Source: Mobula hypostoma (Eukaryota). Taken from it: 64,000 nt of DNA. The notes below the pieces were generated by a model, which saw only the letters and a program-made list of their open reading frames with translations, had not been told where the DNA came from and made no database searches. Of the stretch, positions 24,500-37,400 are shown in pieces; positions within the stretch are counted from its first letter, which is position 1; every line of letters starts with the position of its first letter. The stretch lies in NCBI RefSeq assembly GCF_963921235.1, contig NC_086109.1:22632001-22696000 (forward strand). Direction: 5' to 3'. The position numbers and the translations under genes were made by a program.

Positions 24500-27400
24500 A
24501 CCATGGAGTTAACAAATTAATGATTGTAATGAGTCCAATGGATCCAGAGTAACTGGAATGTTCTTTGTGTGAGATGTGGGAAGTCTGGGAAGTCTGGGAG
24601 ATCTGTATGAGAAGAAAGACATCGAGCTGCAGCTCCTTAAAGACTGTGTTAAGGAATTGGAGCTACAGCTTGATGTCCTTCATCTCATACAGTAGAGTGA
24701 GGAGGAGATAGATAGGAGCTACAAGGAGGTAGTCACCCCTAAATTGCAGGAAGCAGGTACCTGGAAGACTGTCAGGAAAGGGAAAAGAAATAGGCAGCCC
24801 CTGCAGAGTAGGCCTGTGGCTGTTCCCCTCAATAAAAAGTACACCAATGTGGATACTGCTGGTGAGGGAGGAGGGCCGGATGACACAGCGACCAGGTTTC
24901 TGTCAGTAAGCCTGGCTCTGTGGCTCAGAAAGGAAGGCGGGGGGGAAGAAAAGGAATGCCAGTAGTGTTAGGGGATTCCATCGTTAGAGGAGCAGACAGG
25001 AGATTCTGCAGATGTGAAAAAGAAGCTAGGATGGTATTTTGTCTCTCAGTTGCCAAGGTCAGGAGTGTCTTGGATCAGGTCTACAACATTCTATAGGGGG
25101 AGGGTGAGCAGCCAGAAGTCATGTAAGTATTGTTACCAATATTGGTAACAATATGCACCAATTGGAGGAAAAGAGAGGAAGTCCTGAAGAGAGAATATAG
25201 GGAGTTAGGCAGAAAGCTGAAAAGCAGGACTGCCAGGATGGTAGTCTCCAGATTGCAGACCATGCCGTACACCAGTGAAGGTAAGAATAGGATGATTTGA
25301 TAGATAAATTTGTAACTGAGGAATTGGTGCAGGGGGCTTGTTTTCAGATTTCTGAATCATTGCGATCTCTTCTTAGTACAATCCGTACAAAAAGGACTGG
25401 TCACACTTGTACCTGAGGGGTACCAATATCTTTGCAGGCAGGTTTGCTAGAGCTGTTAAGGAGGGTTTAAACTAATTTGGTAGGGGGATGGGAACCAGAG
25501 TGTTAGTGCTGAGGATGGAGCAGTTGATATACAACTAGATGCATTGTGTAAGAGACAGTGAGGAAGGACAGGTAGATGATAGGGCAAAATAGCAGTCGGT
25601 GGGATGAGCTGAAGTTTAGCGTGGGAGCAAAATCGAAAAGAGAGGTGAATACAGGACTAAAAGTGTTATATTTGAATGCACACAGTATACGAATAGAGCA
25701 GATCGAGATTGGCAGGTATGACATTGAGGGGTATCACTGAATTGTAACTGAAAGAAAATCATATTTGGGAGCTTAACATCCAAGGGTACACATTGCATCG
25801 AAAGGACTAGCAAGCAGGTCGAGGGGTTGGGTGACTTTGTTGGTATAAAATGAAATCAAATCTTTAAGAGGTGATGACATAGGATCAGAAGGTGTAGAAT
25901 CCTTGTGGGTAGAGTTAAGAAAATGTGTGGGTAAAAGGACTCCGATGGGAGATATATACAGGCCTCCAAATAGTACCCAGGATATGGGATACAAATGACA
26001 ATGGGAGATAGAAAAAGCATGTAAAAATGGCAATGTTACTGTAGTGATAGGGGATTTCAATATGCCAGTAGATTAGGAAAATCAGATTGGTGATGGATCC
26101 CAAGAGAGGGAATTTGTAGAATGCCTACGAGATGGTTCTTTAGAACAGCTTGTGGTTGAGCCCACTTAAGGAAAGGCAATTCTGGTTTAGTTGTACTGTA
26201 ATGAACCAGATTTGATTAGGGAGCTTATGGTAAAGAGAGTCTGAGGAGACAGTGATCATAATATGATAGAGTTCACTCTGCCTTTGAGATTGAGAAGATA
26301 AAGTCAGACATATTAGTATTGCAGTGGTGTAAGTGGAATTACAGAGGCATGAGAGGAGAGCAGGCCAGAATTGATTGGAAGGGGACATTAGCAGGATTGA
26401 CAGCAGAACAGCAATGGCTGGAGTTTCTGGGTCAATTTAGAAGGTGCAGAATAGACACATCCCAAAAATGAAAAAGTATTCTAAAGAGAGGGTGAGGCAA
26501 CCATGACAACATAAAAGCAAAAAGGAGTGCATACAATATATCTAAAATTAGTGGGAAGTTAGAAGATTGGGAAGCTTTTAAAAACCAACAGAAGGTAAAA
26601 AAAAGAAAACCATAAGGAGTGAAAAGATGAAATATGAAGCTAAGCTAGCCAATAGTATAAAAGAGGATACTAGAATAAAAGAGAGGTGAGAATCGATATT
26701 GGATTGCAGGAAAATGATGCTGGTGGGGTAGTAATGGTAGACAAAGAAATAGCGAATTTAATAAGTATTTTATGTTGATCTTCACTGTGGAAGACACTAG
26801 AAGTATGCCAAAAATTTGAGAGTAGCAGTGAATGTAATTGCTATTACTAAGGAGAAGGTGCTTGAGAATCTGAAAGGTCTGAAGTAATCTGGACCAGATG
26901 GACTACACCCCCAGGTTCTGAAAGAGGTAGCCAAAGAGATTGTGAAAGCATTAGTAATGATCCTTCAAGAATCACTAGATTATGAAAACTCATTAAAAAT
27001 TATATTAAAAAAAAGAATCACTAGATTTTGGAATGGTTCCGGAGGACTGGAAAATTGCAGATATCACTCCACTCTTTAAGAAGATAGGGAGGCAGAAGAC
27101 AGGAAATTATAGGCCAGTTAGTCTGAGCTCAGTGGTTGGGAAAATGTTGAAGTCCATTATTAAGGATGAGGTTTCAGGGTACTTGGATGAACATGATAAA
27201 ATAGGCCAAAGTCAGCATAGTTTCCTTAAGGGGAAATCTAGCCTAACAAATCTGTTGGAATTATTTGAGAAAATAACAGGCAGGATAGACATAGGGAGAA
27301 TCAGTGGATGTTGATACTAGCATGGATAGGAGATTGGCTGATTGGCAGGAGGCAAAAAGTGAGAATAAAGGGAGCCTTTTCTGGTTGGCTGCCAATTCCA

Positions 27401-28060
27401 CAGGGGTTGATATTGGGACCACTTCTTTTCACGTTATATGTCAAATATTTGGATGACAGTTGGCTTTGTCGTCAAGTTTGCAGACAATTTGTAGATAGGT
27501 GGAAGGGCATGGAGTATGCAGAAGGACTTAGATAGATTGGGAGAATGGGCAAAGAAGTGGCAGATGGAATATAGTGTAGGGAAGTGTGTAGTCATGCACT
27601 TTGGTTGAGAGAATAAAGGCACAGACTATTTTCTAAATGGGGAGAAAATTTAAAGAAATCAGAGGTGCAAAGGGACTTGGGAGTCCTCATGAAGGATTCC
27701 CTAAAGGTTAATTTACAGATTAAGTCAGTGCTAAGGATGTTTCCTATAGTGGATAAATCTAGGATCGGGGGCACAGCCTAAGAATAGAGGGACATCCATC
27801 TAGAACAGAGAATAGTGAATTTGAATTTACCAGAGGGTAGTGAATCTGTTGCATTCATTTCCACAGATGGCTGAGGAGGACAAGTCATTGAGTGTAGTTA
27901 AAGCAGAGGTCGGTAGGTTCTTGACTAGTCAGGGAGTCAAAGGTTACAGGGAGAAAGCAAGGGAATGGGATTGAGAGGAGTAATAAATCAGGCATGAGGG
28001 AATGGTACAGCAGAATTGATGAGCTGAATGGCCTAATTCTGCTCCTATGTTTTATGCTCT
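24500..28060 (+). mobile_element. Near full-length decayed CR1 LINE (ORF1 esterase; ORF2 APE-RT)
   Basis: ORF1 CSLCEMWEV and SGNH-type VVLGDSIVRG (~24963). APE motifs VLYLNAHSIR, GDFN and SDHN. RT motifs NYRPVSLSSVVGK and PQGLILGPLLF. CR1 3' end present. Many stops and an internal deletion near 27730. Confidence 0.92.
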
Positions 28061-28164
28061 TAAAGTCTTATAATCTGAACTGCTTAAAATCACATATGGC
28101 AAGGTACTGCTGCGAGTTTGAATGTAATTGGGAAATATTTCAGTCTGACATTCAGTTTGTTATA

Positions 28165-28390
28165 TTTAGAAAGGATGAACTTGCATTTATTTCACACTTC
28201 ATACATCCCCGGAATGCAAAGCAATTCACAGTCAATAAAATTCATTCACTGTTGTAAGAAGCACAACAGTCAATTTACATACAGCAAGGTCGCAAACACA
28301 CTAATGTGGAAATTACAAGATCTTCTGTTTGTTTTTTGTGTATGTTGTGCAGAAGGATAATTATAGAGAAGACACTCTCCTCTTCAGAAT
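28165..28390 (-). mobile_element. Ancient Deu-domain SINE remnant
   Basis: Degenerate match to the copies at 39050 and 62900; interrupted by a CR1 tail at 28391-28530. Confidence 0.45.
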
Positions 28391-28704
28391 GAACATAGAA
28401 CATTAGAACATATAGCAGTACATCACAGTACAGGTTCTTCGGCCCACGATGTTGTGCCAACCTTTTAAACTACTCAAAGATCAATTTAACACTTCTCTTC
28501 TGCAGAAACCTCCATTTTTCTTTCATCTACTTTTTCATAAGATCTTTTCAAAAGATTCTGGCTGAAAGGCCATGCAAGTGCTAAGTTTCATGATTCATTC
28601 AAGGTGAAACCTCCAAGAATATAGCAGTCGCTTATTACTACATTGGCATTTCAGACAAGAACGTTATGTTCAAGCCTCCAGTGTAAAAATCTACAAGTAT
28701 TTCA

Positions 28705-29462
28705 AAGGTTCAAGGGTTCATTTATTAGCAAAGTATACAGTTCTGAATTTTTTTTCTTCTCCAGATAGGCACGAAACCAAGAAAGAAAAGAACAACAGCA
28801 CAATCATCTACCCTCAAATGCCTCCTCCCCACACAAAAAATTATCAAAAATGGAACAGGCACATCGACCCTCAAATTTCCCTCCCCCGCACACAAAATAA
28901 TGAGAAAGAATGGGTGAAAAGCATAGAATACAAAAAAAAACTAGAAAAAGTCCAGAGACCAGGTCCACATCCAAAGCACAGAAAACCTGAGCAACATTCT
29001 CACTCTCCATAGCAGAGCTCACCAGCGATAAAAGCAAGTGCCCCCTCAGATAGCAGAGTGACTTCACCAGCAATAAAAGCAAGTCTCTCCTCTCCATAGC
29101 GGAAAGTTCCCCCAGTGATAAAAAGGCAGGCAATCGGCATTTCAATCTTCCTTGTCTCTTTAATCGGCGAACAATGGAAGTCTTAATTGGTGAAATGGAG
29201 TCGAACATTGGCTTTCGTCCTCTTGCCACACGGTTCCCGTATGCAGCTTCTGCCTCCTGGAATCCCCTCAGAAACTGCAGAGCGATGAAACATCCAATCG
29301 ATCTCCAAGCTACAAATCACAGGCTCCAACCTTTCCAGAATCACATTCAAGATGAAAAACAAACAAAAAAGACATAAAAGAAGTGAAATATATGGTTTCA
29401 TGATCTACCCAGAAAATGTCAACCGAAGGAGAATTGTACACAGGCGCCATCTTGACCAGAAG
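28705..29462 (-). mobile_element. Non-autonomous Rex1/Babar-related element with internal short tandem repeats
   Basis: Minus strand starts cttctggtcaagatggcgcc and ends with the tactttgctaataaatgaacc…tttga tail. Three ~45 bp repeats (tagcagag…ccagc.ataaaagcaag) at 29005-29125. Confidence 0.6.
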
Positions 29463-29770
29463 GGGCCACCTTGATTCAGTTAACTTAGAAATGAGTGAAC
29501 TACTATCACAGCTGACACCTCCGCCGCAGAACATCTTTTTATTCTGGTGTAGAATTACTTCTCACATTAAGCTCTTTATTTGTTTGTATAGCTGAGAGGT
29601 GGATACAAATTAAATCTCATTTATAAAATCAATTATGGACAAAAGGTGAAAGAGCCAAGATGCTGATTTATTTTAAGCATTCTACACAATGGGAGTGAAG
29701 AGGTGTGCGATTTTATATACATGAGTGATTGAGAATGTGGTGTGATCATGAGGATGGAAACCATCTAGTC

Positions 29771-30043
29771 CCGGGGGTTCCCAGCCTTTTTTATTGTTGT
29801 TGTTGTCCCTTTCCTCACCTTATGGCGCATCGGGTGGCAATCTTGTCATTTCTTTAGCATTTTTCTTTGTTTTATGAGGCCGAGTTGCTGGCTCAACATG
29901 TACAAGGAGCTGGCCGGACTCGAACCAGGGACCACTCACCTCATAGTCCGGTGTGGATGCTGCTACACCACTGACCGGCTAAACTTTTTTTATGCTATGG
30001 CCCAATACCATTAAGTTTATGGACTCCAGGTTGGGAACCCCTG
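29771..30043. mobile_element. Small hAT MITE carrying a nested tRNA-SINE
   Basis: Terminal inverted repeats ggggttcccagcc / ggttgggaacccctg; perfect 8-bp TSD atctagtc (29763-29770 and 30044-30051). Confidence 0.85.
29794..29980 (-). mobile_element. tRNA-derived SINE with (AAC)n tail
   Basis: Minus strand reads agccggtcagtggtgtagcagc…ggttcgagtccggccagct (A and B boxes). Flanked by a duplicated ctttttt(t)a target. Confidence 0.75.
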
Positions 30044-31009
30044 ATCTAGTCTTAGCAGAAAGTTGAAAATGCTAGTGGGTGACAGCAGGAAGGTCTAGGA
30101 TTAGTAATGGGACATTGATTTTAAGCATCATCCTCTAAGGCAACCAGTCTAAGCTCATTTCGAGAACACTAAAAGGGGAAGAAGCACTGGCAGACGAACT
30201 CACCATTTCCAGTTTACAATACCAATATTTCAGGTAACAGCAACCAAAGTCAGAGTAAATCTGCCATTCTTCATCCTCTCAACCATGTGCAAATTCAATA
30301 TTGCTAACTCCTCTATCTTCCTCCAGCGCCTCTTCACCATATCCAAGCTCTTTGTAATCATTTCCAGCCTGACAAACCTTTCATAAGTCCTGGACTTATT
30401 TTCCATCTGGCATAGTTTGCATTTTGTTGTTTGATTGTTTGTGGTTTTTGTATTGCTATATTTATGCTCTATTCTTGGTTGGTGCGGCTGTAACGAAACC
30501 CAGTTTCCCTCGGGATCAATAAAGTATATCTATCTATCTATCTATATTCCTGTACTTCCAATTCTGTGCTCACAGGTACCCTCGATTTTAATTGCCTCAT
30601 CACTGACCACTGAGACAAACAAAACACAAATCAGAAAGGGAGACAGATAGGCCACCTGCCTCAGCATTCAATATGATCAAGCCTAATCATCCCCAGCCTT
30701 CAACTCCTCTTTTATACCAGTTCTATATGGTCCTGAACTGCTGTTAATTTTCATGAACTATCTCCCCCTGTTTAAAATACCTCTACACCCTCTTGAGTTG
30801 GCAATTCCAGAGATTTATCACCAGCTGAATTTAGCTGCCAATGCTACACCCACCCTCAAGTCTGAAACACTTTCCCTAAGTCCTCCACCTCTAAAATTTA
30901 CCTCTTTGCCACAGCATCTTCCCTGTGTCTTAGTCTCATGTTTTATTCCAATTTTGGATGGTTATTTTGGTTGTGCTGGGATCTAATTACCGAGGAGTCA
31001 TGATTGTAT

Positions 31010-31330
31010 AGGGATTAGCATAACACTAATCACGCCAGTGACTGGAAGGTCGAGGGTCAATTCCCCTCCGCTGTCTGAAAGGACCTTTTAAGTTCTCACT
31101 GTGATCAGTGGGTTTCTTCTGGGTGCTCTGGTTTCCTCCCACATTCCAAAGACATAGGTATTTGTGTTAGCAAGTTGTGGGCATGCTAAATTGGCACTGG
31201 AAACTTGGTGACAATTCTGGGCTGCCCACAACACATCCATGGACACTGAAGGCTGTTGACCAAACACCACATTTCACTGTATGCTTTGATGTTTCAATGT
31301 ACAAGTGAAAAATAAAGCTATTCTTAATCC
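31010..31330 (+). mobile_element. V-domain tRNA-derived SINE
   Basis: V-domain gtgggtttcttctgggtgctctggtttcctcccacattccaaagac. Confidence 0.75.
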
Positions 31331-31714
31331 TAACTATATAAATACAAGCTGCTGTTACTTACTGAATGTTTAAACATCTGCTGCCAAATATTCTGGGACA
31401 TTATCAGATTGCCAAACGTAGTGACTCTTGGAGCTTCAAGTGATAACTAAAACTATTTAGATCTTCAGGCATGCATTTAAATGATGTCACTGTCACCAGG
31501 AAAATTGATGTAGTATGACTAAAATTCAAATCTGGTCCTGTTTTCTGCAGGGATATCCTTAAGTGCGATCGCTGAAAACTGTCAGGATGAGCGTTGACAA
31601 TGACTTGACACAGATACGGAGGAACAGCTGACCCTATCACCGTGAGCGCTGGCGACAACTAAACCCAGGTGCGGAGGAACGGAAGACTCCCACATACAGA
31701 TGAAACAAGAGGCT

Positions 31715-32525
31715 ATATGTGAAGTTATCCACTTTGGTGGCAAAAAGAGGAAAACAGATTATTATCTGAATGGTGGCCGATTAGGAAAAGGGGAGGTGCA
31801 ACGAGACCTGGGTGTCATTATACAGCAGTCATTGAAAGTGGGCATGCAGGTACAGCAGGCGGTGAAAAAGGTGAATGGTATGCTGGCATTTATAGCGAGA
31901 GGATTCGAGTACAGGAGCAGGGAGGTACTACTGCAGTTGTACAAGGCCTTGGTGAGACCACACCTGGAGTATTGTGTGCAGTTTTGGTCCCCTAATCTGA
32001 GGAAAGACATCTTTGCCATAGAGGGAGTACAAAGAAGGTTCACCAGATTGATTCCTGGGATGGCAGGACTGTCATATGAAGAAAGACTGGATGAACTGGG
32101 CTTGTACTCATTGGAATTTAGAAGATTGAGGGGGGATCTGATTGAAACGTATAAGATCTTAAAGGGATTGGACAGGCTAGATGCAGGAAGATTGTTCCCG
32201 ATGTTGGGGAAGTCCAGGACGAGGGGTCACAGTTTGAGGATAGAGGGGAAGCCTTTTAGGACCGAGATTAGGAAAAACTTCTTCACACAGAGAGTGGTGA
32301 ATCTGTGGAATTCTCTGCCACAGGAAACTGTTGAGGCCAGTTCATTGGCTATATTTAAGAGGGAGTTAGATATGGCCCTTGTGGCTACGGGGGTCAGGGG
32401 GTATGGAGGGAAGGCTGGGGCAGGGTTCTGAGTTGGATGATCAGCCATGCATAATAAATGGCGGTGCAGGCTCGAAGGGCCGAATGGCCTACTCCTGCAC
32501 CTATTTTCTATGTTTCTACGTTTCT
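31715..32525 (+). mobile_element. Young 5'-truncated CR1 LINE with an intact ORF2 C-terminus
   Basis: ORF 31700..32431 is uninterrupted (LYKALVRPHLEYCVQFWSP…RRLRGDLIETYK…NLWNSLP). (TTTCTATG)n-like tail and short ctatat flanking duplication. Confidence 0.95.
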
Positions 32526-32989
32526 ATATAGAGGAATACCAACAAAGCATCAGTGGCACTCTTGGGCAACACTGCGAGGCAAATCGTTCTAAACACAAGA
32601 GCTCCACGATCCCTGCGAAACTGAAGTCCACATTAAACAATCATAGAAAACGGAAAACCCATGCCAGTCACAAGTATTTGACAAGGTTTAACTGAAAGTA
32701 CAAGGGCTTGGCAATTCTCATTAAGACAACAGGTGCTCGAGAAACTTAGAAGCCCAATACTCTATGGCAAGACGCAGGGGACCACAGAGCTCATGACAGT
32801 ATTGCCTTCCCATGGAGCACTGGGGAATTCAGGACAGGGCAAGTAAAAGCTAAGACAGACCTATTGCTCTTGAGACTGGGCTGAAGAATTCAAACAGACC
32901 TGGTCCTCTCAAGACAGGGCGAGAAAATTCAAAACAGAGCATATAACTCAGGAGTATTGCTATATAACTCAGAAACAATGCATACAATC

Positions 32990-33257
32990 CAGATCTGGGC
33001 TGTACCCTCCAAATATCCGGACTTGCCTCTCAGTTTTTTTTGCACTACCTTACTTCCCATTTTTCTATTTTCTGTTTATGATTTATAATTTAAATTTTTA
33101 ATATTTACTAATTTTAACTATTTTTAATATCTTTAATATTTAATATCTGTAATCCAGGGAGTGTGAAGCGCAGAATCAAATATCGCTGTGATGATTGTTG
33201 TTCTAGTACCAATTGTTTGGCGACAATAAAGTGTAAAGTAAAGTATAAAGTATAAAA
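32990..33257 (+). mobile_element. Rex1/Babar-like LINE 3' UTR
   Basis: AT-rich UTR with AATAAA and a (TATAAAG)-like tail. Confidence 0.55.
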
Positions 33258-33399
33258 CTCAGTAACAATGTATATGGCTTGCAAACGCTGCATATACAGG
33301 TAGCTTGGAAATACCATGGGAGACCTCACAAACCTTGTGAACAGAGAAGCTTGAAAAAAGTCTTGAATATACACGGGAGAAGCTCGAAATGTAGACTAG

Positions 33400-33662
33400 G
33401 GGCACTCGGAACAAAAATAGTCTGGCTGGGGCTGATTGGAATGGTCCCATGGCAATACACGCTGTACTTATTTTCCTGCCGATGTCTGTTAAGAAGCTTG
33501 TACGTTCTCCTTGGGACCATGTGGGTTTCCTCCAGGTGCTCTGGTTCCATCCCACATTGCAAGGGTTAGTAGGTTAGTTGGTCATACGGGTGTAATTGGG
33601 TGGTGAGAGTTCATTGAGCCAGATGGACCTGCTACTTTGCTATATCTCTAAATAAAATAAAA
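33400..33662 (+). mobile_element. V-domain SINE
   Basis: atgtgggtttcctccaggtgctctggttcc followed by a CR1-like 3' end and (TAAAA)n. Confidence 0.75.
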
Positions 33663-34406
33663 TATTTTGTGACCAAGGTTAGAGAGCGATATGCTAGATA
33701 TCATTGCACGAGCCCATTTCCCTCACTCCTCCCCACATCACAATATGTATCTGTAAGTTTACAGCATTTACTTGATAACATAGTACTCCTTGCTTCAGTA
33801 TACATCTGCTGAGATAAGAGGATATCATGCTTTGTACAGTATAATGTAGGCCTATTGACTAGTGCTTGGCTTGCTCAAATTGCATCATAGGTCTCCTGTC
33901 AGGGTTATGATGTTAGACCAGAAGTGGATTCTCTACCATGAATTTCAGACCCCACCTGAACTGCAAAATGTAAAAGTAAAATGCAGCTCACAATTCCTGT
34001 TTTGCCCCACCCCTGATACACGGCATATGCAAACTGATGCTTTTGACAAGTGAGTCGTGTATGAGGATCTTATTTTGTTACCTCAGTGCCTCTGGTATGC
34101 TGGAATGTATCAAAGCTCAGTGAAGAAGCCAGGCTTCAAAATGTATCTTAGGGGAGAAGAGTGTGGTCGAGAGGTGGGAATATATAGAATTCACATTTGT
34201 GAATTTTAATTATTATTTATTTCTCCCCTAGTATTTTGGACTTCTGCTGGTTTGAGACAGAGCTTGCGCTGAATTTCTGAAGGTCAGTAGTGGTTAGTGC
34301 AATGTATTACATCGCCAGTGATCTGCATTCAATTATGCCAATGTCTGTAAGGAGTTTGTATATACATGATCGCATGGGTATCTTCCGGGTGCTCTGGTTT
34401 TCTCCC

Positions 34407-37400
34407 TGTTAGGTTTTATAAGTCCAAAACATAAAACTAATTAAAGTAAAATCTGGAAATAACGTGTGTTAGTTTCGTTTTACTGAAAGTGAGGCGCGCG
34501 CATATGATGTGGTGGCGTGATGATGTATGCCATTCACATACTTTTACATGTCACCTGTAATGCACTATGTAAACAACAATGAAAGCTTAATAGAACAATA
34601 TATTTGCAAATTATTCAGATATTACTGAAATGTAACAGTCCTCCCTGATTAGCTATAAACTCCAACTCAATATAGAATGCAATTCAACTCTATTATTTAA
34701 TGTGTTGCTCTCTAGTCATCTATAAACATACAGTATACTATATAATACAACTATTATATACATATCCACAGCTGAGTAAATCTTAAATTGTCCCATTCAG
34801 GTCTAATGATTTAATCGCTGAGAGGATTTCTTACTCTTATGGGATAACCTCTTCCTTGACAAGAAGGGGAGGGAGGGAGGTGGGTCACTCTGCTTGGCAT
34901 TTGAGACTTGTGGCTGTGAAACAGTCTCGGGTCCTGGTGCCTCCTCCGTGGTGGTTGTATGAGTTGACTCTGGGACTGCAGGAAGTAGTTCTGACAGCTG
35001 TGGATACCTTTTTTTCAGAAACGTTGGCATCCCGAACAGTGCATGGCAAGTTTCATTGGACGATGTGGACCATAATGTGCGAATACAGTCTCTGATGTCA
35101 CCATTTACTTTATCCTTAGGAAAGCCGCCTCACGCTGCTTTGTACATTGTCATTTCTTTCTGATCTGTAGTAATGAGTACAGTATCAGATTTGGCAGGAA
35201 CCTGTCATCATAATTGTCAAATCATATAACCATATAACCATATAACAATTACAGCATGGAAACAGGCCATCTCGGCCCTTCTAGTCTGTGCTGAATGCTT
35301 TCTCTCACCGAGTCCCACTGACCTGCACTCAGCCCATAACCCTTCATTCCTTTCCTGTCCATATAGCTATCCAATTTTACTTTAAATGACAATATCAAAC
35401 CTGCCTCTACTACTTCTACTGAAAGCTCATTCCACACAGCTACCACTCTCTGAGTAAAGAAGTTCCCCCTCGTGTTACTCCTAAACTTTTGCCCCTTAAC
35501 TCTCAGCTCATGTCCTCTTGTTTGAATCTCCCCTACTCTCAATGGAAAAAGCCTATCCACGTCAACTCTATCTATCCCCCTCATAATTTTAAATATCTCT
35601 ATCAAGTACCCACTCAGCCTTCTACGCTCCAAAGAATAAAGACCTAACTTGTTCAACCTTTCTCTGTAACTTAGGTTCTGAAACCTAGGTAATATTCTAG
35701 TAAATCTTCTCTGTACTTTCTCTATTTTGTTGACATCTTTCCTATAATTCGGTGACCAGAACTGTACACAATACTCCAAATTTGGCCTTACCAATGCCCT
35801 ATCCAATTTCAACATTACATCCCAATTCCTATACTCAATGGTCTGATTAATAAAGGCCAGCATACCAAAAGCTTTCTTCACCACCCTATCCACATGAGAT
35901 TCCACCTTCAGGGAACTATGCACCATTATTCCTAGATCCCTCTGTTCTACTGCATTCTTCAATGCCCTACCATTTACCATGTATGTCATAAAAAGGACTG
36001 CAACTGTGTCACATTCTTTGGCCTTGGGGCATCTACCATGGCTTCAATTTTCTCAGCATGCTTGTGTAAATTCTTATGCATCAATTGTGTGACCACAATA
36101 AGTGATGTTTGGTTGAAAGAATTGACATTTATTACATCATGCTCTGAACCCATAATCTTCTAATTTTTTTAACAATGTCTTGGAGATTTTAGAGATGTTC
36201 CTTGTCAACCTTACCAGTAACAATGTCATCCAGATAACACTGAGTCTCCAATCAGCCTTGCAACACCTAGTCCATAGCTTGCTGCCAGAGTGCAGGTGCA
36301 GATGCTACACCAAAAATAAGCCTATTATAATGATAAAGACGCTTGTGAACGTTTATGATGAGAAATACTTTGGACTCTTTCCACCTCAATCCGTAGGTGG
36401 GCCACAGCTAAGTCCACTGTGCTGACGTGTTTTCTTCCAGAAAGGTTTGCAAATATAACCTCTATCCTGGGCAGAGGGTATTGATATACTTACAATACAG
36501 GGTTGATGGTGACTTTAAAATCACTACAGAGCCTAACTGGCCCATCCTTCTTGGCTTCTGGGATGATTAGCATTGCCCATGGGCTCCACTCAGCCTTGGA
36601 AAGAATTCTTTCAGCCTCAGTGGATACTTTATCACAGATGGTATAGGGAACCTGACACGTTTTGTAAAACTTGGGTGTCACATTTTCATTTAACTCTACT
36701 TTACCCTTGATATGTTTGAGTTTCCCAATACCATCCTGGAACATTGTTGTGGCATCATCCAGTATCTTTCTTAATTTACTTTCAGTTGACTCTATTTCAG
36801 GGGATGTGGCATGCAAATGCTGGATGGATTTCCAGTCAAGTTGAGTAGTCTCAGCCAATCATGGCCCCACAATGCTGGCACTCCAATTTTTACTGCATAT
36901 AGGCCCAATGTGGCTTGTTGGTTGTTGCATTTCACTGTCATGAAAGTCATTCCCACTTGAGTTATATTTCCTCCAGTATAAGTTCATAGTTGCATATCTG
37001 CAGGCTTCAGTTCAGTATCTTTGAAATGCTGTTCAAACTCATTTTGTGGAATGACTGAAGCAGCCAAGCTAGTGTCCAATTTGATTTTTATTAAGTTCCT
37101 TTCACTTCTGGTGTAAGCCATATCACTTGTCTATTGTTAGATTTCACATTGTAAATCTCAGGGCTATTCAGTCCTATGTCACTCTCATCATTATCAGATT
37201 GCTCATTAACAACTTGACTTTATATCTTTTTCTCTTCCCCGTGATCCGTTTATTTTTGTCTGCTGACATGCTCTTTCTATGTGTCCTATTTTGTTACATT
37301 TTCTGCAAGTTTTGCCTTTAAATCTATATTGGTCTGGTGTATACAGTACTATGTGAACCCTTACCAGATAACTCAAGTTGTTCGGCCAGGTCGGTTTCTG

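Noticed and set aside
29890..29980. Possible tRNA gene
   Set aside because: The cloverleaf is degenerate and continues into a SINE body with an (AAC)n tail and target duplication.
31700..32431. Intact 243-aa ORF as a domesticated gene
   Set aside because: It is an ordinary 5'-truncated CR1 ORF2 C-terminus with its tail, the ATG comes from the flank, and the catalytic RT core is absent.
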